Numbered from the stretch's first letter, positions 1 through 8,240 are shown. The stretch: 15,745 bases of DNA from Promethearchaeota archaeon (GCA_048941265.1 JBHLNT010000096.1:1-15745); one strand, 5' to 3'. Numbers and translations: made by a program. The notes: generated by a model from the letters alone, not told the origin.

Positions 1-228
1 AGCATATTGAATAGTATCGATAACATTGTCCATGTCGTTATATGGACTACCCGGCGCAATCAAAAAACCATCGAATTGGTCAAATATTTCTTGGGTAATA
101 TTCTGAGTATCAATCCAATATGAATCCAAATCACATTGAAGCAGGTTTTTTGAATGTTCTATTGCATTATTAGTAGCTAGATGAGTTTCTGAATTTGGAT
201 TAAAGTCTCCTATAATTGATAATTTCAT
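1..228 (-). CDS. Stand-alone CTP-synthase-C-terminal-like class I glutamine amidotransferase (5' part only; runs off the window)
   Basis: Not in the ORF track. Manual translation from ATG at 228 gives MKLSIIGDFNPNSETHLATNNAIEHSKNLLQCDLDSYWIDTQNITQEIFDQFDGFLIAPGSPYNDMDNVIDTIQYA..., open to base 1. The IIGD..., W(I)DT and DG..IAPGSPY pattern matches the PyrG GATase-like stand-alone family. The catalytic Cys would lie beyond the window. Confidence 0.8.
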   Translation of the reverse strand, partial: MKLSIIGDFNPNSETHLATNNAIEHSKNLLQCDLDSYWIDTQNITQEIFDQFDGFLIAPGSPYNDMDNVIDTIQYA

Positions 229-346
229 ATTCTATTCAATTTTCAATTCATAAAATAATTTTTTAGAATACCAATATCATTAAGAAAGCATATATAAGTC
301 TACAATTTAAAAAGAAGTGATATCAAATAATTTAAATAATGTTTTT

Positions 347-3124
347 CTAAGTTATAATAATTGCCGGTCTTCCAGGCAGAGCTTGACTTGCCTTTTTTTC
401 TTTTGAATCTTTTTCATTTAAAACTTCGATATCACATTGATATTTTTTATTTAGGATTGGTTTAATTTCTTGAAAGAATTGGAATTCTTCTTCAGAAGAA
501 AGTGAAATTTTAGAATATTTGCCAACATTTTTCAAGATTTTAGCAGTAATTTGACTGATACTTTTACTATATGGTTTTAAATCGCTTTCTTTCATCATTT
601 TTTTCATAATTTCTCCCTGATTTCTGGTATCATCCAGCGATGACATCAAAAGATCATAGAATTTAAATTTCCATTCCTTCGCGATAATGATCGAGATCTT
701 TGCTAACTTCTCTTGTTTCATTACTAATTTGATATTGTTAATATCGTCTCCAATATTGTTCATTAGCTTCCATTTAAAATCATTTTCTATAGTAAGAAGA
801 TTTTCGTTATAATTTGGCCATGAGGTTAGACTGGCATAATTTTTGTGTCCTTTCATCTCCCAGATTTCTTCGGTCATATGCGGAGCAATCGGATGCAGAA
901 GTAGAGTAAGTTTTTCGCAACATTCTTCGAAAATTTCTTTTATCACTCCTTCATTCTTATATTTAGTCAAATCAGACGTAAATTGGATGATATTGTTAAC
1001 CGCGTCCCTAATTGCGATTTTTTCGAGACTTTCCGTAACTAATTTTATGGTCTTGTTTAAATTATAGATGATAAGCATATCCCTTATAGTTTTTTTCTTT
1101 CGAATGTTTTCTGGAGGTTCGGAAAGCAATATAAAAGTGTTTCTTATGAATTTATAGGCAAAACCGACACCTTCTTCAGACCATTCCAATCCAGATTCAG
1201 GGCTAGCCCCAAAAAGGATAAAGAATCTCGCGCCATCTGCTCCATATTCATTCATAATCTCAATTGGATCAACAGTATTTCCGTAGGATTTACTCATCTT
1301 AACGCTCTTTAATACATATTTGGTTCCGCATTGTTTGCATTTCTCATCATGCATTTCGGCTTTCATAGCAAAACTTTCACATTTAGGACAATACGGATGG
1401 GCTTTATTTATCATTCCTTGAGTCAATAGGCGCTGAAATGGCTCATCAGCTTTTTGGAGCCCTAAATCTCGAGAAATTTTTGTAAAAAATCGAGCATAAA
1501 GAAGATGCATGACCGCATGTTCAACACCCCCTATATACTGGTCTACGTTCATCCAATAATTGACAATATCTTTTCTGTAAGGCAACTCATCGGTGTGAGG
1601 ATCGCAGAATTTAATGAAGTACCACGAGCTATCTACAAATGTATCCATTGTATCCGTTTCGCGTTTTGCTGCCTTGCCGCATTTGGGACATTTGGTATTC
1701 ACAAAACTCTTGCTAGTTTCTAAAGGATTTCCTTTTCCGGTAAATTTAACATCCTTAGGCAATTCAACAGGCAAGTCTTTATATGGCACGGGTACTATCC
1801 CGCATTCATCACAATAGATAATAGGTATGGGGCATCCCCAGTAGCGTTGACGGGAAATTAGCCAATCTCTTAACTTATAATTAATAGTAGCTTCACCCAT
1901 TCCTATTTTTTCTAATTTTTCAGTAATTGCATGAATAGCAGCACGATTTTCCATACCATTAAACTCATCAGAATTTACTAAAGTACCGTCTCCTTCATAT
2001 GAGCGCGTCATTTTGTCTAATTTTAACTCATAATCGAATGGTTGAATTACAATTTTAATCGGGATATCATATTCTTTTGCAAATTCGAAATCTCTTTGAT
2101 CATGTGCAGGTACAGCCATGACCGCACCAGCCCCATATTCAAAGATGACAAAATTACCAATATAAACGGGAACTTCTTCATTAGTCATAGGATTTACGGC
2201 ATATTTTCCGATAAACATTCCTTTTTTCTCAATTTCTATATCTGTTCTTTCAAATTTGTTTTGTTTCATAACTTCTCGATATAACTTTTCGAAATCTTTC
2301 TCATACTCAGTACCTTTAACCCATTCCCTTACCCATGGATGTTCAGGAGCGAAAACCATAAAAGTTACCCCATATAATGTGTCTGGTCTGGTAGTAAAGA
2401 TGTCAATTGTTCGATCTTCATCAACAATAGGAAACTTAATAATTGAACCCTCGGAACGCCCAATCCAATTTCTTTGCATAATCTTTACTTTTTCTGGCCA
2501 ATCTACAATATTCAATCCATCTAATAATTCTTCTGCATAAGCGCGTATCTTTAAAAACCATTGAGTCAAAAATTTCTGCTCTACATCAGAGGTACAACGC
2601 CAGCACTTCCCCCCCTGCACCTGTTCATTTGCTAGTACCGTATTACATTTATTACACCAATTCACATAAGAGCCTTCTCTATAAGCTAATTCTTTTTCAA
2701 AGAATTTTAAAAATAACCATTGATCCCATTTATAGTAATCTATATCATGGCTAAATATTAAACGGGTCCAATCATAAGAAAGCCCAATTCTTTTTTGCTG
2801 ATTTTTAATTGCTTCTATATTTGAATCAGTCCATTCTTCTGGATTGGCCCCATGATCAATTGCAGCATTTTCAGCGGGCATCCCAAAGGAATCATAACCC
2901 ATGGGATATAAAACATTAAATCCGCACATCCGTTTATATCGAGCATAAGCATCACCTATTGAATAGTTTCTAAGGTGACCTATATGAAGATGAGAGCTAG
3001 GATATGGATACATTTCAAGAACATAGAATTTTTCTTTTTTTTCTTCTTTAACCTCAAAAATTTTGTCCTTTTCCCATTTATCCTGCCATTTTTTCTCAAT
3101 TTTTTGAAAATTGTATTCAACCAT
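347..3124 (-). CDS. leuS: Leucyl-tRNA synthetase (bacterial-type core with archaeal-type C-terminal domain)
   Basis: 925 aa. Class I motifs [13 protein letters not shown] and KMSKS. Bacterial LeuRS signatures [25 protein letters not shown], editing-domain [10 protein letters not shown] and [61 protein letters not shown]. Ends [15 protein letters not shown]. Confidence 0.98.
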   Translation of the reverse strand: MVEYNFQKIEKKWQDKWEKDKIFEVKEEKKEKFYVLEMYPYPSSHLHIGHLRNYSIGDAYARYKRMCGFNVLYPMGYDSFGMPAENAAIDHGANPEEWTDSNIEAIKNQQKRIGLSYDWTRLIFSHDIDYYKWDQWLFLKFFEKELAYREGSYVNWCNKCNTVLANEQVQGGKCWRCTSDVEQKFLTQWFLKIRAYAEELLDGLNIVDWPEKVKIMQRNWIGRSEGSIIKFPIVDEDRTIDIFTTRPDTLYGVTFMVFAPEHPWVREWVKGTEYEKDFEKLYREVMKQNKFERTDIEIEKKGMFIGKYAVNPMTNEEVPVYIGNFVIFEYGAGAVMAVPAHDQRDFEFAKEYDIPIKIVIQPFDYELKLDKMTRSYEGDGTLVNSDEFNGMENRAAIHAITEKLEKIGMGEATINYKLRDWLISRQRYWGCPIPIIYCDECGIVPVPYKDLPVELPKDVKFTGKGNPLETSKSFVNTKCPKCGKAAKRETDTMDTFVDSSWYFIKFCDPHTDELPYRKDIVNYWMNVDQYIGGVEHAVMHLLYARFFTKISRDLGLQKADEPFQRLLTQGMINKAHPYCPKCESFAMKAEMHDEKCKQCGTKYVLKSVKMSKSYGNTVDPIEIMNEYGADGARFFILFGASPESGLEWSEEGVGFAYKFIRNTFILLSEPPENIRKKKTIRDMLIIYNLNKTIKLVTESLEKIAIRDAVNNIIQFTSDLTKYKNEGVIKEIFEECCEKLTLLLHPIAPHMTEEIWEMKGHKNYASLTSWPNYNENLLTIENDFKWKLMNNIGDDINNIKLVMKQEKLAKISIIIAKEWKFKFYDLLMSSLDDTRNQGEIMKKMMKESDLKPYSKSISQITAKILKNVGKYSKISLSSEEEFQFFQEIKPILNKKYQCDIEVLNEKDSKEKKASQALPGRPAIIIT

Positions 3125-3132
3125 TATACTCT

Positions 3133-3145
3133 AACTCCCTTTTTT
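3133..3145 (-). promoter_or_regulatory. leuS ribosome-binding region (AAAAAAGGGAGTT; GGGAG 10 nt before the ATG)
   Basis: Minus strand reads ...TTTGAAAAAAGGGAGTTAGAGTATAATG. Shine-Dalgarno-like purine core at 3135-3139. Confidence 0.6.
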
Positions 3146-3236
3146 CAAATTTTTCATACACGTACTATTGTTTTGTTTTTTATTGCTTTTATTTTTTTCA
3201 CTTTTAAGATTTCAAGTAAGCTACGCAATATCTACT

Positions 3237-3315
3237 GACCTCTTTTTAGTAAAATTTACACACCGAGCAAACAAATCCGTGTTAAGGTTTTAAAAAGAGG
3301 TCTGATTTGCTTGCT
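3237..3315 (-). promoter_or_regulatory. Structured leuS leader RNA (candidate attenuator) with interleaved helices A:A' and B:B'
   Basis: Minus-strand order: A AGCAAGCAAAUC (3315-3304), B GACCUCUUUUUA (3302-3291), A' GAUUUGUUUGCU (3277-3266), B' UAAAAAGAGGUC (3248-3237). B:B' is a perfect 12-bp inverted repeat. A:A' gives 12 pairs with one G-U wobble that works only on the minus (leuS) strand. Confidence 0.75.
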
Positions 3316-3319
3316 TTCT

Positions 3320-3379
3320 TTATAATAATAATAATAATAGAACTTTGCTAAGAATTTGTAAACTTAAAGAGTTCTTCAT
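3320..3379 (-). CDS. Putative leucine-rich leader peptide of leuS (MKNSLSLQILSKVLLLLLL; 25-aa form MISNNN... if started at in-frame ATG 3397)
   Basis: ATG AAG AAC TCT TTA AGT TTA CAA ATT CTT AGC AAA GTT CTA TTA TTA TTA TTA TTA TAA. Nine of 19 codons are Leu, with six in tandem just before the stop. Same strand as leuS, stop about 195 nt upstream of its start, and directly followed by the structured element. Confidence 0.75.
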   Translation of the reverse strand: MKNSLSLQILSKVLLLLLL

Positions 3380-3422
3380 ATTATTATTTGAAATCATTAT
3401 TATATTCGATAAAATATTATGA

Positions 3423-3438
3423 ATTATAAATGTTTTCC
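3423..3438 (-). promoter_or_regulatory. Candidate archaeal BRE/TATA promoter for the leader-leuS transcript
   Basis: Minus strand GGAAAACA-TTTATAAT, with the TATA at 3430-3423. It ends about 25 nt upstream of the in-frame ATG at 3397, which fits a near-leaderless start. AT-rich context limits certainty. Confidence 0.5.
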
Positions 3439-3518
3439 TATTATCTTGAATTTAAATAGAACTTATAAAATTCTTGGAAGAAAGATTTTTTTTAAAAAAA
3501 GTACTAGTTAAAATAGGT

Positions 3519-4514
3519 ATGATTAAGAACATTCGCGTGTCTATAGGAAGCGCCTCCGTTCTGGGATTAGTCTCCAAAAAATTTCCTGTTCCTCCAATAA
3601 CATGTTATATTATGACTTATAAAGAAGGTCATTGTATTGCTAATTGTGGTTTTTGTCCCCAAGCGAGGGAATCAAAAAGCTCAGTCGATAAATTATCCCG
3701 TATCACTTGGCCTGTCTTTTCCTTTAAAGAGTTTTTAACCAAATTAGCGTACATGCCTCCTTCAAAAAAATTCAAAAGAATTTGTGTTCAAACTCTCAAT
3801 TATAAAGAAAATTTCGAGGATTTAATAGAAATAATTACCCGAATCAAGGAAATTTCAAATATACCTTTATCTATAGCAATTCCACCAATGTCGAAAGAAA
3901 AATTAAAGGAGCTTAAATTAAGAGGGGTTCAAAGGGTAGGGATTGCACTTGATGGGGCAACACCCGAAATTTTTGATAAAATTAAAGGACAGTATGCCCG
4001 AGGCCCCTACAAATGGCACCTTCATATGGAAGGATTAAAGAATGCTTTAGAAATATTTCCGGATAATTCCGTAACTACGCATATAATAGTCGGTTTAGGT
4101 GAATCTGAAAAAGCCATTCTTGAATTAATTAGGAAATTGCATGCTTTAAAAATACTTTCTTCTTTATTTGCATTTACGCCAATAAAAGGAACAACTTTGG
4201 AAAAAGTTCCCCAGCCTGAGCTTATTAAATTCAGGAAAATGCAGCTTGCCCGACACTTAATTTTGTGTGAAAATAAAGATTTAAAAGATTTTACCTTCAG
4301 TAAGAATGGTAATTTAATTAATATGAATATTTCTAGGTTAAAGTTAAGAAATATTATTGATGATACAAATGCTTTTTTAACTTCTGGATGCCCCGGTTGT
4401 AATAGACCTTATTATACTTCAAGACCTTCGGGTCCTATTTACAATTTTCCGAGAAAATTGAATGAGGATGAAAAAGAAGAAATTTATAAATCATTAGAAA
4501 AATTTATGATATAA
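3519..4514 (+). CDS. lipS2: Radical SAM lipoyl synthase component LipS2
   Basis: CxxxCxxC motif CIANCGFC, LSRITWP, and C-terminal TSGCPGCNRP matching the TxGCPxC(N/D)RP motif of Thermococcus-type LipS2. Adjacent to a lipoate ligase and LipS1. ATG 3519 (MIKNIRVSIGSA) is preferred over TTG 3474. Confidence 0.88.
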   Translation: MIKNIRVSIGSASVLGLVSKKFPVPPITCYIMTYKEGHCIANCGFCPQARESKSSVDKLSRITWPVFSFKEFLTKLAYMPPSKKFKRICVQTLNYKENFEDLIEIITRIKEISNIPLSIAIPPMSKEKLKELKLRGVQRVGIALDGATPEIFDKIKGQYARGPYKWHLHMEGLKNALEIFPDNSVTTHIIVGLGESEKAILELIRKLHALKILSSLFAFTPIKGTTLEKVPQPELIKFRKMQLARHLILCENKDLKDFTFSKNGNLINMNISRLKLRNIIDDTNAFLTSGCPGCNRPYYTSRPSGPIYNFPRKLNEDEKEEIYKSLEKFMI

Positions 4515-4531
4515 TACCGTTGAGGGATTAT

Positions 4532-5311
4532 ATGAATAAATGGCGGATCATACCTCTTGACGTGAGAAATGGTTATTGGAATATGGCCTTGGACGAGGCT
4601 GTTTTAAATGCAGTGTTAGAGAGGAAATCACTAAATACTGTTAGATTTTATAGATGGGAACCCTCTACGGCAAGTATTGGAAGAAATCAGAGTTTATCTA
4701 CAGAGATAAATATCGAATTTGCAGAACAGAAAGGATTTAATGTTGTTCGGCGTATTACTGGTGGTGGAGCTGTTTTTCATGACAATCGGGGTGAAATTAC
4801 TTATTCGATTATATGCCCTATAAAATTTTTAGAAGATTTAAATGCTATTAACGTACTTGACCAATTTGAAATTATTACGCAAGGAATAGTAGTCGGTTTA
4901 AATAATTACGGATTAAAGCCAAAAAAGGGAGTGATTCATTGTCCTGCGATTTTTCTCGATGGCAAAAAATTTTCAGGAAATGCCCAGGTAAGGAAGAAAG
5001 GCCACATTCTTCAACACGGTACCATTTTATTAGAAATTGATCCCGAATTAATGTATTCCGTATTAAAAGCTCCCGAGCAGGTCGGAAAATCACGGATGGT
5101 CAGATCAGTCCGTGCTAAATGTATAGGTATTAAAGATCAACTTCAGCATTATGATGAAGGACAATTTTTAAAAGCGTTGAAATTCGGTTTTGAAAATACT
5201 TTAGGGATTAAATTAGAAAGGGGTTATTTTTCTGATTATGAATTAAAGACTGCAGAACGGTTAGTTAAGGAGAAATATTCAAAAAAAGAATGGTTAATGA
5301 AATATGAATAA
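4532..5311 (+). CDS. lplA: Lipoate/octanoate-protein ligase, catalytic domain only (LplA-N/LipM-like)
   Basis: NMALDEA, SIGRNQ, VVRRITGGGAVFHD, KKFSGNAQ and QHGT motifs of the BPL/LplA/LipB family. About 259 aa with no C-terminal LplB-type domain. ATG 4532 is preceded by GAGGGA. Confidence 0.9.
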   Translation: MNKWRIIPLDVRNGYWNMALDEAVLNAVLERKSLNTVRFYRWEPSTASIGRNQSLSTEINIEFAEQKGFNVVRRITGGGAVFHDNRGEITYSIICPIKFLEDLNAINVLDQFEIITQGIVVGLNNYGLKPKKGVIHCPAIFLDGKKFSGNAQVRKKGHILQHGTILLEIDPELMYSVLKAPEQVGKSRMVRSVRAKCIGIKDQLQHYDEGQFLKALKFGFENTLGIKLERGYFSDYELKTAERLVKEKYSKKEWLMKYE

Positions 5312-6359
5312 AGCTACAGATCTATTGCAAAAAATAAGATCGAGCACCGCATCGTGGACTGATTATTCATCATTATTAAAGTTAGATAGGCAAGAAATGG
5401 AACCTTTTTTTCTTCTTGCCCAAGAAATAACGACGCAGAACTTCAAAAATATTTTAAAAATCTATAACCCTACTAATAAATTTCCTGCAATAAGTATAAC
5501 AGGGAACAATTGTGCGTTGCATTGCGAACATTGTAATGAAAAATATTTAAGGGGCATGAAATCGCTGACGACTAACAACGATCTAGAACGCTTTTTAATG
5601 GAACATTCCCGAAATGGAGGGATTGGTGCTTTAATTTCGGGAGGATGTGAATCAGATGGCTCTGTACCGTTAATTAATTATTTAGAAACAGTTAAAAAAG
5701 TGAAAAGAAATACAAATCTAATAATAAATACCCATTCGGGTCTAGTTAACTCGGAAACCGCACAAAAATTAGCAGAGGCAAAGGTGGATATAATTTCGTT
5801 TGATGTAAATTTAGATGAGCAAATCATTAAAAATATATATCACTTGGATAAAAGTGTTAATGATTATAAGCAAGCTATTGCGCTTTTAAAGAAAAATAAT
5901 TTAAATATTGTCCCACATATATGCATTGGACTTTATTACGGCAAAATCCATAAGGAATTGGATTCGATAAAATTTATCAAAGAAACAGAAATAAATCCCT
6001 CATTAATCGTAATCATAGCGTTAATTCCCCCAAAAAATCCTAAAGTTGAATTTAAAAGGCCAAAACCATTCGATATTGCTAAAATTATCGCTTTAATTAG
6101 GTTTGTATTTCCTTCTACAGAAATTTCATTAGGTTGCATGAGACCAAGAGGGGATATAAAATTTGAGTTAGAAAAGTTTGCTATTAAGGCAGGAATTAAT
6201 AGAATTGAACTCCCCTCGCGGGATACCTTAAAATGGGTTAAATCAATTAATCCTGAGATTCAATTTCAATTCTTTTCTGCATGTTGTGCTATTCCTAATA
6301 ATTATGAAGATTATGCAAAAAGTGAAGATTCAGATATTAAGAGATATTTAAGCATTTAA
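5304..6359 (+). CDS. lipS1: Radical SAM lipoyl synthase component LipS1
   Basis: SITGNNCALHCEHC (CxxxCxxC), LISGGC, VPHICIGL, LGCMRP (GC(M/A)R motif) and a C-terminal SACC (CC motif), typical of Thermococcus-type LipS1. Overlaps the upstream gene by 8 bp. Confidence 0.88.
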   Translation: MNKATDLLQKIRSSTASWTDYSSLLKLDRQEMEPFFLLAQEITTQNFKNILKIYNPTNKFPAISITGNNCALHCEHCNEKYLRGMKSLTTNNDLERFLMEHSRNGGIGALISGGCESDGSVPLINYLETVKKVKRNTNLIINTHSGLVNSETAQKLAEAKVDIISFDVNLDEQIIKNIYHLDKSVNDYKQAIALLKKNNLNIVPHICIGLYYGKIHKELDSIKFIKETEINPSLIVIIALIPPKNPKVEFKRPKPFDIAKIIALIRFVFPSTEISLGCMRPRGDIKFELEKFAIKAGINRIELPSRDTLKWVKSINPEIQFQFFSACCAIPNNYEDYAKSEDSDIKRYLSI

Positions 6360-6374
6360 ATTAGATCAAATAGA

Positions 6375-6818
6375 ATGATTTTTATGGATACTTTGGAATT
6401 AATCAAAAATAAATTTAAAAACGATAATTTTGCTAAGAATCTTGGCGTTATTCTGGATGAGCTGACGAACGACTATGTAAAAATGCACATAGAACTCAAA
6501 TCAGAGATGTGTAATTTTTATGGAAGGCCTCATGGAGGAGCAATATATAGTTTAGCGGATGCTGCTTTTTCGGTTATTGGCAACAATCAAAATATAATAT
6601 CAGTTGCATTAGATTGTACTATTACATATCATACAAGTCCAAACCCAGGGGATATCCTTTATGTCGAAGGAAAACTATTAAAACAAACTCGAAAGATTGC
6701 TACATTTTTCTTTACCCTCTATACTCTTAATAATGAAGATCAAAACTTAATTGCAACTATGTTAAGCACATTATATCGAACGGGAAGATCTATCAACCCC
6801 GAACTAATTGAAGATTAA
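6375..6818 (+). CDS. PaaI-family hotdog-fold acyl-CoA thioesterase
   Basis: 147 aa. D.FAK.LG N-terminus and NFYGRPHGGAIYSLADAAF (N...HGG...LAD) signature. Confidence 0.88.
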   Translation: MIFMDTLELIKNKFKNDNFAKNLGVILDELTNDYVKMHIELKSEMCNFYGRPHGGAIYSLADAAFSVIGNNQNIISVALDCTITYHTSPNPGDILYVEGKLLKQTRKIATFFFTLYTLNNEDQNLIATMLSTLYRTGRSINPELIED

Positions 6819-6827
6819 TGTTTTATT

Positions 6828-8240
6828 ATGAAAAATAAAATAGATTTAATCGGACTTAAAGGAATTCCTATAATTAAACCTGGAGATATTATTTCCCAAA
6901 TTGTTTTAGAGGCTCTCAAATCTAATGATATTACATTAAAAGATGGAGACATTCTAGTTATTGCTCAAACAATCATATCTAAGAGCAATGGAAGAATACG
7001 GCATTTAAAAAGTATAACTCCAAGTAGAAAAGCAATTGAGATTTATAACACTATTAATCCCATTGCCAGCAATATTGGAATTCCAATTAAGAGTCCAGAA
7101 CTTATCCAAGCAATTTTAGAAGAATCCAATGAAATAGTGAAAAAAGAGCATGTACTTATTACGGAGACGAGGCATGGTTTTATATGCGCTAATGCAGGTA
7201 TTGACCAATCAAACGTAGAGGGTAAAGATAATATAACATTGTTACCTAATAATCCTGATGGGGATGCTAATGAAATTAGAAAAGCCTTGAAAAAAACAAC
7301 TGGAAAAAACATTGCAGTAATCATTTCTGATTCATTTGGCAGACCATTTCGAGTAGGAGCTGTGGGTGTCGCTTTAGGTATTGCAGGAATCAATGCTATT
7401 TTAGATAAACGTGGGTATAAAGATTTATTTGGTTATGAACTTCAAAGTACTATTGTTGCGCAAGTTGATAATTTAGCATCTGCTGCTCAATTAATTATGG
7501 GTGAGGCTGATGAAGGTCTGCCAGTAGTAATAATAAGAGGATATGAATTTGAATTTAAAGAAGATAGCTCAATCAAGCTCATTTTAAGAGAGAAAAACAC
7601 TGATTTATTTAGGAGAAGTGCCAGTGAAATACTTGCTGAAATTCTTAAAAATCGAAGAAGTTACAAAATAAAATTTGATTCAAGAGAAGTCGATCCAAAA
7701 ATCATTCAGAATTGTATTGCTTTAGCTAGATGGGCACCAAGTGCCCATAATGGACAATATTGGAGATATATACTTTTAGAGAAAGGAAATATTAGGAATG
7801 AACTAATAAATAACATGAATTTGAAATTAAGGCAAGATCTCGAAAAAGACGGAAAATCAGAAACATTCATTAACAAAAAAATAGAAAAAACACGAGAAAA
7901 TTTCTTAGAATCTCCTATTTTAGTCCTTCTTTGTTTAGATACTACTGATTTAGAAAAATATGGTGATCTTGAAAGGTATAATAATGAGTATCTTTTAGGG
8001 GTGCAGAGTATTAGTGCTTCAGCTGCATATTTCCTTCTTGCAGTATCTTCAGAGAAATTAGCAGCGTGTTGGTATTGCGCCCCTTTATTTACAAGGGATA
8101 TTGTCAAAATGACCTTACAGCTTCCGAGTTCTTATGAACCAATGGCCTTTTTCACAGTAGGATATCCAATAAAAAAAATTGAAGCACCAGCTCGTAAAAA
8201 TTTGAATAATATTATATTCAAATTAAACAATATGAGATGA
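6828..8240 (+). CDS. cofE: Coenzyme F420-0:L-glutamate ligase fused to a C-terminal nitroreductase domain (FbiB architecture)
   Basis: N-terminal CofE motifs GIPIIKPGD, QTIISKSNGR, HGFICANAGIDQSN, SDSFGRPFRVG, DNLASAAQLIMGEADEGLPVVIIRG and DLFR. C-terminal nitroreductase motifs NRRSYK, ARWAPSAHNGQYWRY, ACWYCAP and VGYP. Confidence 0.93.
   Translation: MKNKIDLIGLKGIPIIKPGDIISQIVLEALKSNDITLKDGDILVIAQTIISKSNGRIRHLKSITPSRKAIEIYNTINPIASNIGIPIKSPELIQAILEESNEIVKKEHVLITETRHGFICANAGIDQSNVEGKDNITLLPNNPDGDANEIRKALKKTTGKNIAVIISDSFGRPFRVGAVGVALGIAGINAILDKRGYKDLFGYELQSTIVAQVDNLASAAQLIMGEADEGLPVVIIRGYEFEFKEDSSIKLILREKNTDLFRRSASEILAEILKNRRSYKIKFDSREVDPKIIQNCIALARWAPSAHNGQYWRYILLEKGNIRNELINNMNLKLRQDLEKDGKSETFINKKIEKTRENFLESPILVLLCLDTTDLEKYGDLERYNNEYLLGVQSISASAAYFLLAVSSEKLAACWYCAPLFTRDIVKMTLQLPSSYEPMAFFTVGYPIKKIEAPARKNLNNIIFKLNNMR

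Noticed and set aside
843-2540. Five short plus-strand ORFs inside leuS
   Set aside because: Antisense shadows of a well-supported gene.
2975-3238. 87-aa plus-strand ORF
   Set aside because: Phe-rich antisense shadow of the A-rich leuS start and leader, with no protein-like features.
3237-3302. 12-bp inverted repeat as MITE/IS ends or an intrinsic terminator
   Set aside because: No target-site duplication or transposase. It lies between divergent genes, so there is no upstream gene to terminate, and it interleaves with a second helix.
3323-3337. (TAA)5 run as a simple microsatellite
   Set aside because: It could arise by slippage in AT-rich DNA. However, it is in frame as TTA Leu codons behind an ATG, is extended by a synonymous CTA, ends at a stop and precedes leuS, so the leader-peptide reading explains it better.
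3125-3420. T-box riboswitch upstream of leuS
   Set aside because: No T-box consensus (GGTGGNACCGCG-like), no recognisable Stem I motifs and no terminator hairpin followed by a U-tract.
3474-3518. TTG-initiated N-terminal extension of lipS2
   Set aside because: It translates a T8/A7 promoter-like tract; family similarity begins after ATG 3519.
3519-6359. Calling the radical SAM genes biotin synthase (bioB) or FO synthase (cofG/cofH)
   Set aside because: The TxGCPxCNRP and GCMR/CC motifs plus the intervening lipoate ligase fit LipS2 and LipS1 better, despite the neighbouring cof genes.
4875-8107. Minus-strand ORFs at 4875, 5936, 7043 and 7706
   Set aside because: Fully antisense to lplA, lipS1 and cofE, with no motifs.
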